From Felis catus (Eukaryota), in contig NC_058368.1 of assembly GCF_018350175.1 (NCBI RefSeq), positions 36,272,001 to 36,336,000 of the forward strand: a stretch of 64,000 nt of DNA, read 5' to 3'. Below, piece after piece: positions 1 through 13,045 of the stretch. The position numbers and the translations under genes were made by a program. How positions within the stretch are numbered: the first letter of the stretch is position 1; each line of letters begins with the position of its first letter. Under the pieces are notes generated by a model. The model saw only the letters and a program-made list of their open reading frames with translations. It had not been told where the DNA came from and ran no database searches.

Positions 1-125
1 CAGGGGCTAAATCGTTTCACCTAGTTTTCCATAGTGAAAAAGAACCAACCCTATCTATCTAGAAGATAGTTGATGGATGCTTATCGGATATTTAAATTAA
101 TAGATTAATGCTTTGAGGTGAATAT

Positions 126-719
126 GGTCATATTAGTTTTCTATTGTAGTGACATAAATTACCACAAACTAGGCTTAAAACAACAGAAATGTATTATCTT
201 ATAGTTCTGGAGGTCAGAAGCTCAAAATGGGTCTCCCAGGGCTAAAACTAAGGTACTAAAAGAGCCACATTCCTTTCTAGAGAATCTAGGGGAGAATTCA
301 TGTCTATGCCCAAGAAAGTCATTGGCAAAATCCATATGTTTGCTGTTGTAGACAGATTCCCATTTCTTCTTCTTGTCAGCTCAAGGCTTGTTCCAGCTTC
401 TAGAAACCACTCACATGCCTAGGCTCACAGCCCTGTTCTCCATTTTCAAAACCAGCAAGAGCAGATCAAGTCTCTCATGCTTCAGATCTTGTCTGCTTCC
501 TCATGTATCATCACATCTGTCACGCACTCTTCAGTCTTCCCTTCCTGCTTTTTAGGGTCCACCTCAATAATTAAGTATAATCTCCATATTGTAAAGTCAA
601 CAGATAAGCAACTTTAATCTGTATCCTTAGTTTTCTTTTGCCATGTAAGGTAACATATTCACATATTCCAGAAATTAGGACATGGACATCTTTGGTGGGC
701 CATTATTCTGCCTTCCACA
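126..719 (-). mobile_element. MaLR LTR (MLT1C/D-like)
   Basis: Begins 'tattagttttctattg...aaattaccacaaact', ends 'gggccattattctgccttccaca', matching the reverse complement of MLT1 termini. Confidence 0.8.
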
Positions 720-1780
720 GCAGTTAATATCTGCTGCCATTTACCAGGAAAAGTGATTGTACAATTCTACTTATTTGGGAAGAGTGTGTAGAAGAATGAT
801 GGAACTTCAGGAAGTCTATGAACGAGGTGAGCAAGTATACTTGACTGAGAAGAGAAAGGTATTATTTAGGAAGTGGTGAAAAAGAAAATATGGAACATTA
901 ATTCTTAATCATATAAGCAGAATAAGTAACTGGTATCAGAATGTCCCATGTCCCAGGACATTCTACTTAGAAGTACCTAAAATATTCTTATCGCAGAACT
1001 TACATATTTGCCTTATTTACAAATTAAGGCAGAGAGTTAACTGAAAGAAATGTATATTACTGGAACTAAAAATAGGTGTGGAAAAAATAAATGTGGTATG
1101 ATTTGTAAGATGTTTCTGCTTAAACTGAAGATATACGCAGAACTACAATGAACCTTGAGATTTCAAAATACGTTTCCTTAGAGAGTCAACATATGCAATG
1201 AAGATAGTGAAAAATAACAGTTGCTTGGAATATATCGAAAGTGGCAACTTTGTTATACAAAATTTAACTATCCCCTAAATTCTGAAAACAGAACCATTCA
1301 TAAAATCCTTGTTTCCACATTTGCAGTATGATAACGCCAAATGTCATGCTCTGTAAAGTAGTAAATATCATTCTCTTTAACATAAAGAAAAAAAGATGTT
1401 TTTCCACACGATATTTCCACTAATGCATTTTGAGAATTTCATTGCTAATGCATGTAGCTTAGAATGGAAAGAAACTTGGCAAATGAAAAACGTGGATTTT
1501 TCACAATGCTCAGTAGCTTATTTTTTTCTATCTTACATGACATAGGGAAAATATACTTTTTAAATGCCCATTTATTGTTATGCTATCATTTGTGTGATTA
1601 AATATAGGAGCAGTAAACAAGTTTGCAGTTCCATTGCCTATTTCTGCTTTATACAAACTTTATCACTAATTGATTCTTGCTTCTAATGCCAAAGCAAAGC
1701 TAAGGGATACGTTCAAACGTTCGTTTAAAGGTTGACTGCCTGTCCAGATTGTTGTGCTATGCAGACAAAAATAAGCAAAT

Positions 1781-1837
1781 ATGCATGTTCTCTACTTTAC
1801 TGATGAACATGTAGATGAATACAATTCAGCCACCGCG
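1781..1837 (+). other. Candidate exon A (coding part MHVLYFTDEHVDEYNSATA; 5' boundary unknown)
   Basis: ATG at 1781 with A at -3 and an in-frame TAA just upstream; near-consensus donor GCG|GTAAGT at 1837/1838; in a ~2 kb stretch without recognisable repeats. Confidence 0.35.
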
Positions 1838-2688
1838 GTAAGTTGGCTACATATAGTGCCTCCTGAGGTGTCATCTTGCTAAGAAATGTATCTTTAACAT
1901 TTAAATACTCACATAAACATCGAAGACTGTTCTGAATATAAATCTGATACTATTTCCTACAAATTGCAGAACTCAATATGTGATTAAAATAAAAAGTCAA
2001 CGTAACTCACCAAGTTTAAATATGTACTTAGTGTTCGTATTTACAGTTCACAATCACAAAGCTACTCAAAGTGGATTTCAACATCTTTAGGAATGCTAAT
2101 TTTATTTAATAAAGTTCTTCCATCTAACGTCTTTGTTCAGAATAGAATTTCTGGGTAATATTATTTTTTAATGACTACAATATCATCTTGACATCAAATG
2201 ATGGTTGTGGGTTTATGAGCATTTTTATAATGTCAGGATTTTAATATTTTAATTGTGAATTCTTAATAACATGAATCCATTCTTCTGTGCTAACTCTGAC
2301 ATCTTTTCTTTTCTTTTACAAGAGAATATGTAATTTTATTTTAAGCAGAACAGAGTCAGTATTCTCTTAAAATTACCATTTGTTTCATTTTTGTGCCACT
2401 TATAAAGGGTGCTAGATAAATTAAAAACTTGGTTTGTTCTAGGACTTTAAAGTGAAAAAAAATACCACCTAGATCTCTCTTCCTTTTTCTTTCTAATTTT
2501 GCACTTTTGAAGACTTCTCTTATGTGTTATCTACAACTGTAACAAAACTAAAGTCCTATGAGAAAAATCTTTTATGTTTTATAGCCTTAGATTTGCAACT
2601 GTAGTGGACCCTCACCATATCTTTGCAAATCCCTCCATTTGTAAATAGCACCATTATGCATAATTGTTGTCATAAAATGACTGTATGA

Positions 2689-2899
2689 GGGTGCCTGGGT
2701 GGCGCAGTCGGTTAAGCGTCCGACTTCAGCCAGGTCACGATCTCGCGGTCCGGTCCGGGAGTTCGAGCCCCGCGTCGGGCTCTGGGCTGATGGCTCAGAG
2801 CCTGGAGCCTGTTTCCGATTCTGTGTCTCCCTCTCTCTCTGCCCCTCCCCCGTTCATGCTCTGTCTCTCTCTGTCCCAAAAATAAATAAACGTTGAAAA

Positions 2900-2928
<29 letters not shown>
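2689..2928 (+). mobile_element. Can-SINE, young SINEC_Fc type
   Basis: tRNA-like head, (CT)n, long A tail, perfect 15-bp TSD aaaatgactgtatga (2674-2688 / 2929-2943). Confidence 0.97.
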
Positions 2929-2934
<6 letters not shown>

Positions 2935-3252
2935 ACTGTATGAATCATTACACACAAAGGTTTTGTGTTTATGTTTCGCTTTGTGTATGGCCATAAAAGT
3001 TGCTAAACACAAAGCTGATTTGAATGTGAATGTAGGATAGTAAGCTAGCCTCACTCAGGAGCTGAAGAACAGCTACCTTGTAACACAAAGAATTAAAACT
3101 AGCACCCCCAGGTAAATGACAAATTACTAGTATGACATGAAAACTTGGGGTCATTCATAATTAGTCACAAGTGGAAAAGTCAAATTTGTGAATGCTTGAG
3201 AATAACTTATTACATGTGATTTCCCAAAGTAAAGGTTTGTAACTTATGAATA

Positions 3253-3475
3253 CAGTTTCCCCTTGAACAACATGGGTTTGAAATGTATGGGTCCACTTAC
3301 ATGCAGATTTTTTGATAGATATAGTGCAGTACTGTAAATGTATTTTGTCTTCTTTATGACCTTCTTAATGACATTTTCTTTTCTTTAGCTCACTTTATTA
3401 TAAGGATACAGTTTATAATACATATAACATATAAAATATGTGTTTATGTTGTGGATAAGGCTTCCACTCAACAAC
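3253..3475. mobile_element. Tigger2-like DNA transposon fragment
   Basis: TA followed by 'cagtttccccttgaacaacatgggtttgaa', resembling the Tigger2 terminal inverted repeat. Confidence 0.7.
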
Positions 3476-4659
3476 TTCTCCTGAGCCTCTTTTATCTTCC
3501 TATCAACTGAAATGTTGTACTCAATTCTCTTGGACCACATCCCTAGAAGAACCTTCATGAACTAAGAACCCATTGAGATACCAGCAAGAGAGTGTCTGTT
3601 CACCATGAAGTTTGAGGACTCCTGAATTAAGATTTGGGAAGAAGAGCTAGGTCTTGAATCAGTCTAGCCATTTTTATTTGTTTGTTTTCTGTGTTAAGCT
3701 CTCTTTATTACCCTGATTTCCTGTCTGCCCTTTCCCTGATAGAATATCAACTCTTCTGACTTTTGGCTTTGCCTGTTCTCAAAACCACCACACACAGAGA
3801 ATGTATTTCATGGCTATTGGCTTGTCGGCTGTGTTAATATCTTCTATTCACCCATCTAGATCCACTCTTGATCCTTCTCCATCCACCTCTGTGTCCTAGA
3901 GCTGCATAGACTATCTGTGAATTCCTTTGCCTCCTGGCTTTCAGTTATTTTCAACTAACGAGAGACCTTATGACTTTCGACAAGAGAAATATGATGAACT
4001 TGAAGTACTAATTCTCCCACCTCTCCCTCATCACAGAAACTCTACATAGAGACAATAATAACCCTGTAGGGAGTGAAAATTGATATTTTGGGCCAAAAAA
4101 TTTATATCTAGTTGCAATGGTTTGTGGCTTTCCAAAGGGCCACAGTACAGATCTATATATACACTAAATCTGTAGTATTAAACTTTTATAAGGGAGAGGT
4201 GATTAGGTATAAAATGTCTATGAAGGCTCCTTGGGGTAGTGATAATGAGACATCATCCTACAGAGTAGATATGACCTGGCTGCATTGTCTAGCTCAAGAT
4301 CAAATCTATTATGAGATGATAGAGTAGGTAGAAAGAAACCATTCCACTTTCAGAAATGAAAAAAAGAAAACTAAAGTTCCTAAGAGTAGAACAGGAAGCT
4401 CCTTTCTTTTTTCTTTTCCTTTCTCCAACTTTTTCCCTCCTTTCTCCAATCTCATTTCCTACTCCTAGTCTAATTTTAATGTATACACTTTCCCTAGATC
4501 AAATTTTACCTAGAAATCAATTAACATCACATTTTCTGATCCCCTACATAAACGAAGAGGGGGTTTTAATAAAAATTAATTTATGCAGAGTGTATTACAA
4601 TTTACATAATTCCTTCAAGAATATGCACTTATTTTATTCTCAAAATTACTTCTTATAAT

Positions 4660-6274
4660 TAATATGATAGACCACATTAATAAAGCAAATGATAAAAATC
4701 AAATGATCATCTCATTAGATGCAGAAAAACATGACATTGATGAAAGAAATTGAAGACAACACAAATACATGAAAAGACATTTTATGCTCATGGATTGGGA
4801 AGATTTAATATTGTTAAAATGTACATGCTATCCAAGGTAATCTACCAATTCAATGCAATTTCTGTCAAAATACCAATGGTATTTTTCAGAGAACTAGAGA
4901 AAATAATTCTAAAATCTCTATGGAACCACAAAAGACCAAATAGCCAAAGGAATCTTGAGAAAGAAGAACAAAGCTAGAGGTATCACAGTCCCAAATTTCA
5001 ACATATACTACAAAGCTGTAGTAATCAAAACAGTGTGACACTGGTACAAAACAGACTCAAAGATCAGTGGAACAGAATACAGAACCCACAAATAAAGCCA
5101 TGATTATACAGTAAATTGATCTATGACAGAGGCAAGAATATACAATGAGGAAAAGACAGCCTCTTCAACAAATGATGTTGGAAAAACTGGACAGCCACAT
5201 GCAAAAGAATGAAGATAGACTATATTCTTTTTTTAATTTTTTTTTACATTTATTTATTTTTGAGAGACAGAGCACAAGTGGGGAGGGGCAGAGAGAGAAG
5301 GAGACACATAATCCAAAGCAGGCTCCAGGCTCTGAGCTGTCAGCACAGAGCCTGACACGGGGCTCGAACTCACAGACTGTGAGATCATGACCTGAGCCGA
5401 AGTTGGATGCTTAACCAACTGAGCCACCCAGGCACCCCAAGATAGACTACATTCGTATACCATACACAAAAATATACAAAAATAAACTTAAAATAGGTTA
5501 AACATTTAAGTATAAGACCTGAAGCCATAAAACTCCTAGAAGACAACATAGGCAATATGTTTGCTCTTTAACATTTATCTTAATGATAGATATATATCTT
5601 TTGATCTGTCTCTTCAAGCAAGGGCAACAAAAGCAAAAATAAACAAACAGGACTACATCAAACTAAAAAGCTTTCTCACAGCAAAGGAAACCATCAAGAA
5701 AATGAAAAGGCAACCTACTGAACGGGAGAAGATATTTGCAAATGCTATATCCAATAAGGGGTTAACATCCAAACTGTAACAACTCATAAAAGTTAATCAA
5801 AAAAATCCAATTAAAAAATGGGCAGAGGATCTGAATAGACATTTTTCCAAAGAAGACACACAAATGGCCAACATGCACTTGAAAAGATGCTAAACATCAC
5901 CAGTTATCAGGAAAAGAAAAGCAAAAGCACAATGAGACATCACCTCATGTCTACCAGAATGGCTAAAGTCAAAAAGACAAGAAATAACATTGCTGGCAGG
6001 GATGTAGAGAAAGGAGAACCCTCTTGCACTGTGGGTGGGAATGCTAACTGGTATAGCCACTCTGGAAAATACTATGGAGTTTCCTCAAAAAGTTAAAAAT
6101 AGACCTGCTCTACAACCCAGAAATTTCTCTACGAGGTATCTACCCAAAGGATACAAAAATAATTCTTCAAAGGGATACCTACACCCCGATAGTTATAGCA
6201 ACATTACAACAATAGCCAAATTATAGAAATAGCCCAAGTGTCCATCGAATGATGAATGGATGAAGAGGATGTGC

Positions 6275-6307
<33 letters not shown>

Positions 6308-6742
6308 ACATATATACACACACATATACATGCCTACATTATGGAATATTACTCAGCCACAAAAAAGAATGAAATCTTGCCATTTGCAATGACATGGATA
6401 GAACTAGAGACAACTAGGCTAAGCAAAATTAGTCAGAGAAGAACAAAATACCATATGATACACTCACATGTGGAATTTAAGAAACAAAACAAATGAATAA
6501 AAGCTTAAAAAAAGAGAGAAGCAAACCAAGAAACAGACTCTTAACTGTGGAGAACTGATGGTTACCAGAGGGGAGGTGGGCAGGGGGATCGGTGAAATAG
6601 GTGATGGGATTAAGGAGTGCACTAGTTGTGATGAGTACCAGGTGTTGTACAGAAGTGTTGAATCACTATATTGTACCCTTGAAATTAATATTATACTGTA
6701 TGTTAACTAACTGGAATTTAGACAAAAACTTAAAAAAACAAA
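4660..6742 (+). mobile_element. L1 (carnivore type), 5'-truncated, disrupted ORF2 and 3' UTR
   Basis: ORF2-like peptides ([37 protein letters not shown]), 3' UTR and A-rich tail; interrupted by a SINE and a (TG)n run. Confidence 0.95.
5228..5438 (-). mobile_element. Can-SINE inserted in L1
   Basis: Reverse-complement SINE with TSD aagatagacta(t/c)attc. Confidence 0.95.
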
Positions 6743-6779
6743 AGATACTTTGTTGATGAAATATATATAAGTGTTTTAT

Positions 6780-8050
6780 AGAATACTATGGATATAAAAA
6801 CAGATATCATGCAGAAAATCATTGATTCCAGTATAATAGTAGAGACTTGAGTGTATAATAATTCACACAAAAAAAAAATCCCAAATAACCCAAGTGTTCA
6901 GGAAAAAAAAAAAGTATGAAAATGAAGCAGTGTGGAGGAATGATTCAGTTTAAAAGATTTTAATGAAAATCCAGCCTATCTTTTAATTCCTTCTGGAGTA
7001 AGAAGTCTGTAGAACACGTGGCATGAGTACATACCACTAAGAGATTTTGACAAATAAAATCTGTTTGACAAATAAGAAGATGAGAAGGAAGCCAAGTGAA
7101 CACATCACATAAGGAGACAACTTTCATTGACAAGATATGTGTTTGCAAGTAAGCAAAATATTCTAATAATATAAAGGATTAACACTATTCAGTGGGGTGT
7201 TAACAAATATATCAGGGGAAGGAGACACAAAAAAAGGAAACAAGCTTGCTGATAAATGAGGACAAGCATGAAATTAATTATGTCCCTTAAATGTCTACAA
7301 TACTGAAATTGGGTTTTAAAAAATCTTTCTTTAACAAGAGAAATGAAAAGGAATTTGTGCAATTTGGAAATGGAAATGACCTTGCCAAAGTAACAATTGA
7401 TAACAAGCATAAAGAATTTAAGTCTTCTGGACACACATAAATGAGCGGCCAAAAATGACAAGTTGGTCAGAGATGAAAAGCAATTAGACAGAAGGTTTAT
7501 TGGGTTCCTAAGAAATCTCATTGTCAAAAGCTAGTGGATATCTTTAGAAAGAATCTGTTGAAAAGAATTTTGCACTGTTGAAGAAAAAGGTCAAGGAACC
7601 AAAGCAGAGGGTATGACCATCTGGAAGATACATTGTTAACTATTAGCAAAATAGTGGTTTTACCACCACAGGAGAAAAACTGTATAGATCAGGAGAAAAT
7701 AGTTCCAAGAAAAATGAATAACAGCACATTATCAAGATAAAAAAATCCTATTCAGAATTATCTTTTCTATAGAATTATCTAGAAAATGTCTGGTATTTCA
7801 ACATTAATAATATTTCTGTGCAGCCTTCCTGAACTTTTTGTTGGACAAAATGAATTTGATTTAGATAGAATGTGGTCAAGAGGAACCAAAGCTTTCTGAA
7901 TGTCTATAGAAAAGATTATAAGATGAAAATATATCAGATATTTTTCATACAAGCTACTTGAATTTATCAGGGGAAAAAACACAGTACCAATGGACTCAAT
8001 TTTTAACCAAGGTGTTTTAGCAAAATCAAATTAAAGATTTCTAGCATTCC
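6780..8050 (+). mobile_element. Highly decayed RTE-clade LINE relic (L4-like)
   Basis: Degenerate endonuclease-like motifs in RTE order: GDFN-like (~6835), NEA..MIQF (~6920), FNSFWSKK..W (~6980), ICLTNKK (~7060). Confidence 0.4.
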
Positions 8051-8502
8051 AGATATCTGACATTTGAAAATATTCAATGTAATATTTTTGAGCCAGAAGT
8101 TATTATTTAAAAAAAAATTCATGTGTTGGTTTTGCTTCCATTCATAGTATACCAAGTCTTGAGTGTTTATCAGTTGGACTTAGTAAGTTTCACTTGGCAG
8201 GAGTACATTAAGGAAAAAAAAAAACCTCAACAAATAAGAGTTTTACATTTATGTTTATTCTTTTTAATGGTTGTGTAATATTCTGCAGTATCTTTAACTT
8301 AGTTATTTTAAGTGGGGACATTTAAGTTATCTGGAACATAAGTACAATAGTGTTTATTTAGAGAATTGTTTATTAATACAAGTTGATCAAGAATGTCTTT
8401 GAAGGAATTACTGATACTTGAAAAAAAATCCCATGTTAAAACACTTTTACCTATAAAACAATTACATGCATGGATTTCTCTCTTTACCACCTATCTCTCC
8501 CC

Positions 8503-8503
<1 letters not shown>

Positions 8504-8541
<38 letters not shown>
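8504..8541. repeat. (CA)n microsatellite
   Basis: Directly visible. Confidence 0.98.
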
Positions 8542-8543
<2 letters not shown>

Positions 8544-9454
8544 CAGATACCAAGGGCGACAATGTGTTGAAATAAAACATGAGGGCGATGACAACAATTT
8601 CAATTTTTAAAAATCCAAAATAGAGTTTGTATTCACAAAATACCAAATCACTGCTTGTTTCCATTAATTCACACAAACGACTGCTCGAGTTACTGCCAAT
8701 TAAAGCACCTAACTGAATTGATTGTGCATTTTAGTCAGAATGTTTGAGCTGGTAATCTGGTATAAACACTGTCACAGGGTTTCCCCCTGGTTACTTTAGA
8801 GGCCAGATTTCTCTCAAAGATGTGAGATACACACCTCCTTAACACAGCAGTCTAACCTCTCAGTGGACACAATAACTCTGGTAGGCTCAACAGTGATTCC
8901 ACTCTGTCACCTAAGTCTAAATAGCAAGAGGCTACATTGAGAGAAAAGGTCTAGAGACTAAGTGCTCCAAATTCTCTCGAAAATCCAAACAATTCCACAA
9001 AGAACAGGCACAGCAGAAAGGGAAATGTCATGAATGGGTTTTAGAAAGTGTATTAGTTTGTAGAAGGAAAAGATGCCACATGTGAAGCATAAGTCATTAG
9101 TTGAACCCCAAAATAAAATGACTGTGCTTTCTTGGGGACAAGCTGTTATAAATATTACTGTATAACTTCAGAAAGTCATTCGGTTATGCCTGACAGCATT
9201 TAAAGACCTTGAGTCTTCAGTTAACTCAAAGTACATTTATTTATTTATTATGAAATAAAGCCTGTTGACATGTGTCACTGAAATTTTTTTTCTTTTTAAA
9301 CGTGCCTACTTAATCCAAACATTCAGATATCACATGCTGCAAATCACAAACAGAACCAATATTAAAAGCTGGAGGATGACCTAAATCAGAACATTTAAAG
9401 GAATGATTGACATACTTGACAATCTCATGTGGCAGAGTAACCATAAATGTAAAA

Positions 9455-9800
9455 TAAAAAATTTGTAGAGTCTAAAAAACAAAGCAGAAACAGACCTATA
9501 AATACAGAGAACAAACTGATAGTTGCCAGAAGGAAGGGGGTTGGGGGACAGGCAAAATGGGTGAAGGGGAGTAGGAGATACAGGCTTCCTGTTATGGAAT
9601 GAATATGTCATAGGAATAAAAGGCACAGCATAGGGAACCCAGTCAATGGTATTGTTATAGCGGATGGCGACCGATGGTAGGTACACTTGTGGTGAGAACA
9701 GACTAACAGAGATGTTGAAACACTATGTTGTATACCTGAAACTAATGTAACGTTGTGTGTCAACTATACTTTGACAAACAAACAAACAAAATAAGGAAGA
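9455..9800 (+). mobile_element. L1 3' UTR fragment (carnivore type)
   Basis: 'aaatacagagaacaaactgatagttgccaga...tgtcaactatact' plus A-rich tail. Confidence 0.9.
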
Positions 9801-10846
9801 AAAGTAAAATGAAAAAGTGAAAATAAATACAAAGTAAAAAGGTAAGTGACAAGCATGGGGAAAATCGTGATGGTATATAAAGGCTAATCTGAAAAAGATG
9901 TAGAAAAATGGGCTGAGAACATGATTGGTGAATCTAGAGAAAGAATAAAAATGGCCAACAGACATTAAAAAAGATTATTAACCTGACTAATAAAGATACA
10001 CAAAGTAAAATACCGATTTGATATTATTTTTGGTCCACTGAGGATAAAGAAAAAATGAATAACGCCTTTAATTGAACAGAGTGTGAACAAACTAGGCCCT
10101 CACACACTGGAGTATAGGTGAAAGCAAAAATTGGTCCAACCAAAGGGATGATTCCTCTTTTACTTCAACCATAAAAGAAAAGCAATCGGGACAATAAGTT
10201 TCTAAATGTTAAGTGTGCATAAACTTGGACCTATGAAATCTGTTTCTTGGGTTTTTCCTTAAATGATTTTATAACTCTTCAAAAATGTAAATACAAGCAT
10301 ATTCATTTCTGCAAGTAAGTTCTGGAGTAACCATATAATGAAATATTCTGCAAATATTAAAAGTGTTGATGGAGGTCTACATGAACAAGGTTAAAATGCA
10401 GTGATATTTGCCCAGCTTCTCTCTCTACAGATCCCTGAAGCGATGCATTCTTTGGCTCCGGAGAAGGACAAATAGAAAACATATATTTGTGAATGAAATT
10501 TTAAACTTAAATCGAGAAACTTTACATTTGTAAGAGTGTACTTCATGAGAGAAAGTGTTAAAACAAATGATAGATTTGGAAGAACCTGTCAGGGCAGGGA
10601 AACAGGTTTATTCTTTACAGAGAGTAAGATAATGGACTTGGCTGCTGGGGGTGATCTCTGGGAAGGAATGTAGTTCTCTACATCCCTCTTGACCAAACTT
10701 GGAAGGAGGGATGAATAGGGACAATAGAAGTCCAGTTGAGCTTGGCACCAGGCTGGGGCAGCACCAATGGAGAGGATACCTATGTTTTATTTCCCTAGAT
10801 AAAGCCCAGGGATACTGCAGGATTTTTAAAGAAACTCTATGTTTCA

Positions 10847-10957
10847 GGGCACCTGGCTGGCTGAGTCGGAGGAGCATGTGACAACTGATCTCAGGGTTGT
10901 GAGCTTGAGCTCACATAGAGCTTACACAGAGATTACATGAATACAAATTTTAAAAAA
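10847..10957 (+). mobile_element. Short Can-SINE lacking the CT-rich body
   Basis: tRNA-like head then AT tail; perfect 20-bp TSD taaagaaactctatgtttca (10827-10846 / 10958-10977). Confidence 0.9.
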
Positions 10958-10981
10958 TAAAGAAACTCTATGTTTCATATG

Positions 10982-11176
10982 TGTATTAGCTTCCTATTAC
11001 TGCTGTAACAAATTACCACAAATTCAGTGGCTTAAAACAGTACATATTTAGGGGCACCTGAGTGGCTCAGTTGAGTGTCGGACTCTTGATTTCGGCTCAA
11101 GTCATGATCTATCTCACGGTTTGTGAGTTCGAGCCCCGTATGGGAGTCTGTGCTGACAGCACAGAGCCTGCTTGGG

Positions 11177-11230
<54 letters not shown>

Positions 11231-11713
11231 ACTCTCGCTGCCCCTCCCCCTCTCACACATACATGCTCTCTGTCACTCAAAATAAATAAACTTTAGGAGA
11301 AAAAATACATATTTATTATAAGTCTAGTGGTAAAAACTTTAAAATTAATCTCAATGGAATAAAACAAAGGTGGTTGAGAGGTCTGCATTCCTTTTGAAGG
11401 CTATAGGGAGGAATCTGTTCTTGACTCTTCTAATGTCTAGAGTTTGTCTACATTCCTTGACTCATGACTCTTTCCTCCATCTCTAAAGCCAGCAGCATAT
11501 CATCTACCAGTCTTCCTTTCTCTCTTCTTCCATCATTTCTCCTTTTCTGCTTCTGAACCTTCTGCTTTCCCCTTATAAAGGCTTTGTGATTTACTGGGCC
11601 CACCAAGAATTCATCCCATTTGCAAAGTCTATTTTACCATATGAAGTAACATATTCACAAGTTCTGGGGAGAAGAATGTGAATATTTGGGGAGTTATTAT
11701 TCAGCCTACCACA
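10982..11713 (-). mobile_element. MaLR LTR (MLT1C-like) interrupted by a SINE
   Basis: 'tgtattagcttcctattactgctgtaacaaattaccac' ... 'ttcagcctaccaca'. Confidence 0.85.
11051..11303 (+). mobile_element. Can-SINE
   Basis: Head, long (CT)n, A tail; TSD tacatattta. Confidence 0.95.
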
Positions 11714-11818
11714 ACATGGAACCCTAGTAGAATAGCAATGACTGTTAGATGTGTCAGCCGGTGGCCCCAAGGGGAATGTCTTTTGGCATGGGGAGAGCAG
11801 TTGAGAGGGTACAGATAG

Positions 11819-12159
11819 TGTAATGGACTGAATATTTGTGTCCCTCCAAATGTGATGGTATTAGGAGGGGGGACTTTGAGAGGTGATTAAGTCATGAGGG
11901 TGAAGCCCTCACAAATGGGATTAGTGCCCTTTCATAAAGGAGGCCACAGATTGCTCTCTTGCCCCTTCTGCTGTGTGAGGACAGAGTGAGAAGACAGTTG
12001 TTTATGAACCAGGCAGTGGGATCTCACCAGAGACTTACACATCTGTTAGTGTCTGATCTTAGACTTCCCAGCCTCTAGAACCATGAGAAATAAATGTCTG
12101 TTGTTTAAGCTACCCAGTCTATGTTATTTTGGTTATATCTGACTGCACAGGCTGAGACA
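11819..12159 (+). mobile_element. MaLR LTR (MLT1A-like)
   Basis: TG start 'tgtaatggactgaat', AATAAA near the 3' end, CA end; imperfect 5-bp TSD gatag/gatgg. Confidence 0.85.
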
Positions 12160-12574
12160 GATGGGATGGTGGGCAAACATGAAGAGACCTTGTGTTTGGA
12201 ATAAGGTGGATAGAGAATGTACAATCTGACAGCCAGATGTCAAAAAATGATTCTAACACTCTTTGCAGATGGGGCAACAATAAAACTGTTGACCAAAAGA
12301 CAGATAAAAGGCAGCATCGAAGGGAAGAGGATCATCAAGGATCCAACTTTGTCTTCTCTGCTGCCTAGGTGATTCATAGCTCTTGCCCATTAAGTGACAG
12401 TTGCCCCAGGTGAAGGGAAAGAGAAAAGGAACAAAAATCCTGAAGTGATGTAACTATGTAAAACAATGAATAACCAAGAAAACATAGGAGTGACTAATTC
12501 CACTGTGAATCAGAAAGATTGACTTGTAGATCTTAGGAATAAATTAAGTAGTATTTCAGAAAGGTACAAGTCTT

Positions 12575-12778
12575 TTTTCACCACACTAAGTTATTACAAT
12601 ATTATTTGCTATATTCTCTATGCTTTACTTTTCATCCCCATGACTTATTTATTTTATAACTGGAAGTTTATACCTCTTAATCCCCTTTCCCTATTTCATC
12701 TACCCCCCAAAACCCCTCCAGTTTGACAACCACAAGTCCAGTGGCTCAGAATGATTCTGTTTCTGTTTTGTTTGTTTA
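12575..12778 (-). mobile_element. L1 3' UTR fragment (older carnivore type), inverted
   Basis: Reverse-complement similarity to the L1 3' UTR at 9455-9800; lacks its own poly(A) end. Confidence 0.85.
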
Positions 12779-13045
12779 AACATGGGGGGAGGGAAGGGGG
12801 GAAAAAGTTGCAGAGAGGGAGGTGACCCATAAGAGACTCCTTAATGTGGAGAACGAACTGAGGGTTGATGGCGGGGGGGGCAGGAGAGGAGGGAAATGGG
12901 TGATGGGCATTGAGGAAGACACTTGTTGGGATTAGCACTGAGTGTTGTATGTAAGTGATGAATCATGGGAATCTACCCCTAAAACCAAGACCACACTATA
13001 TAATCTGTATGTTAGCTAATTTGAGAATAAATTATATATATAAAA
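12779..13045 (+). mobile_element. L1 3' end (felid type)
   Basis: Reverse-complement match to the L1 3' ends at 37170-37420 and 47230-47430; AATAAA and A tail. Confidence 0.9.
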
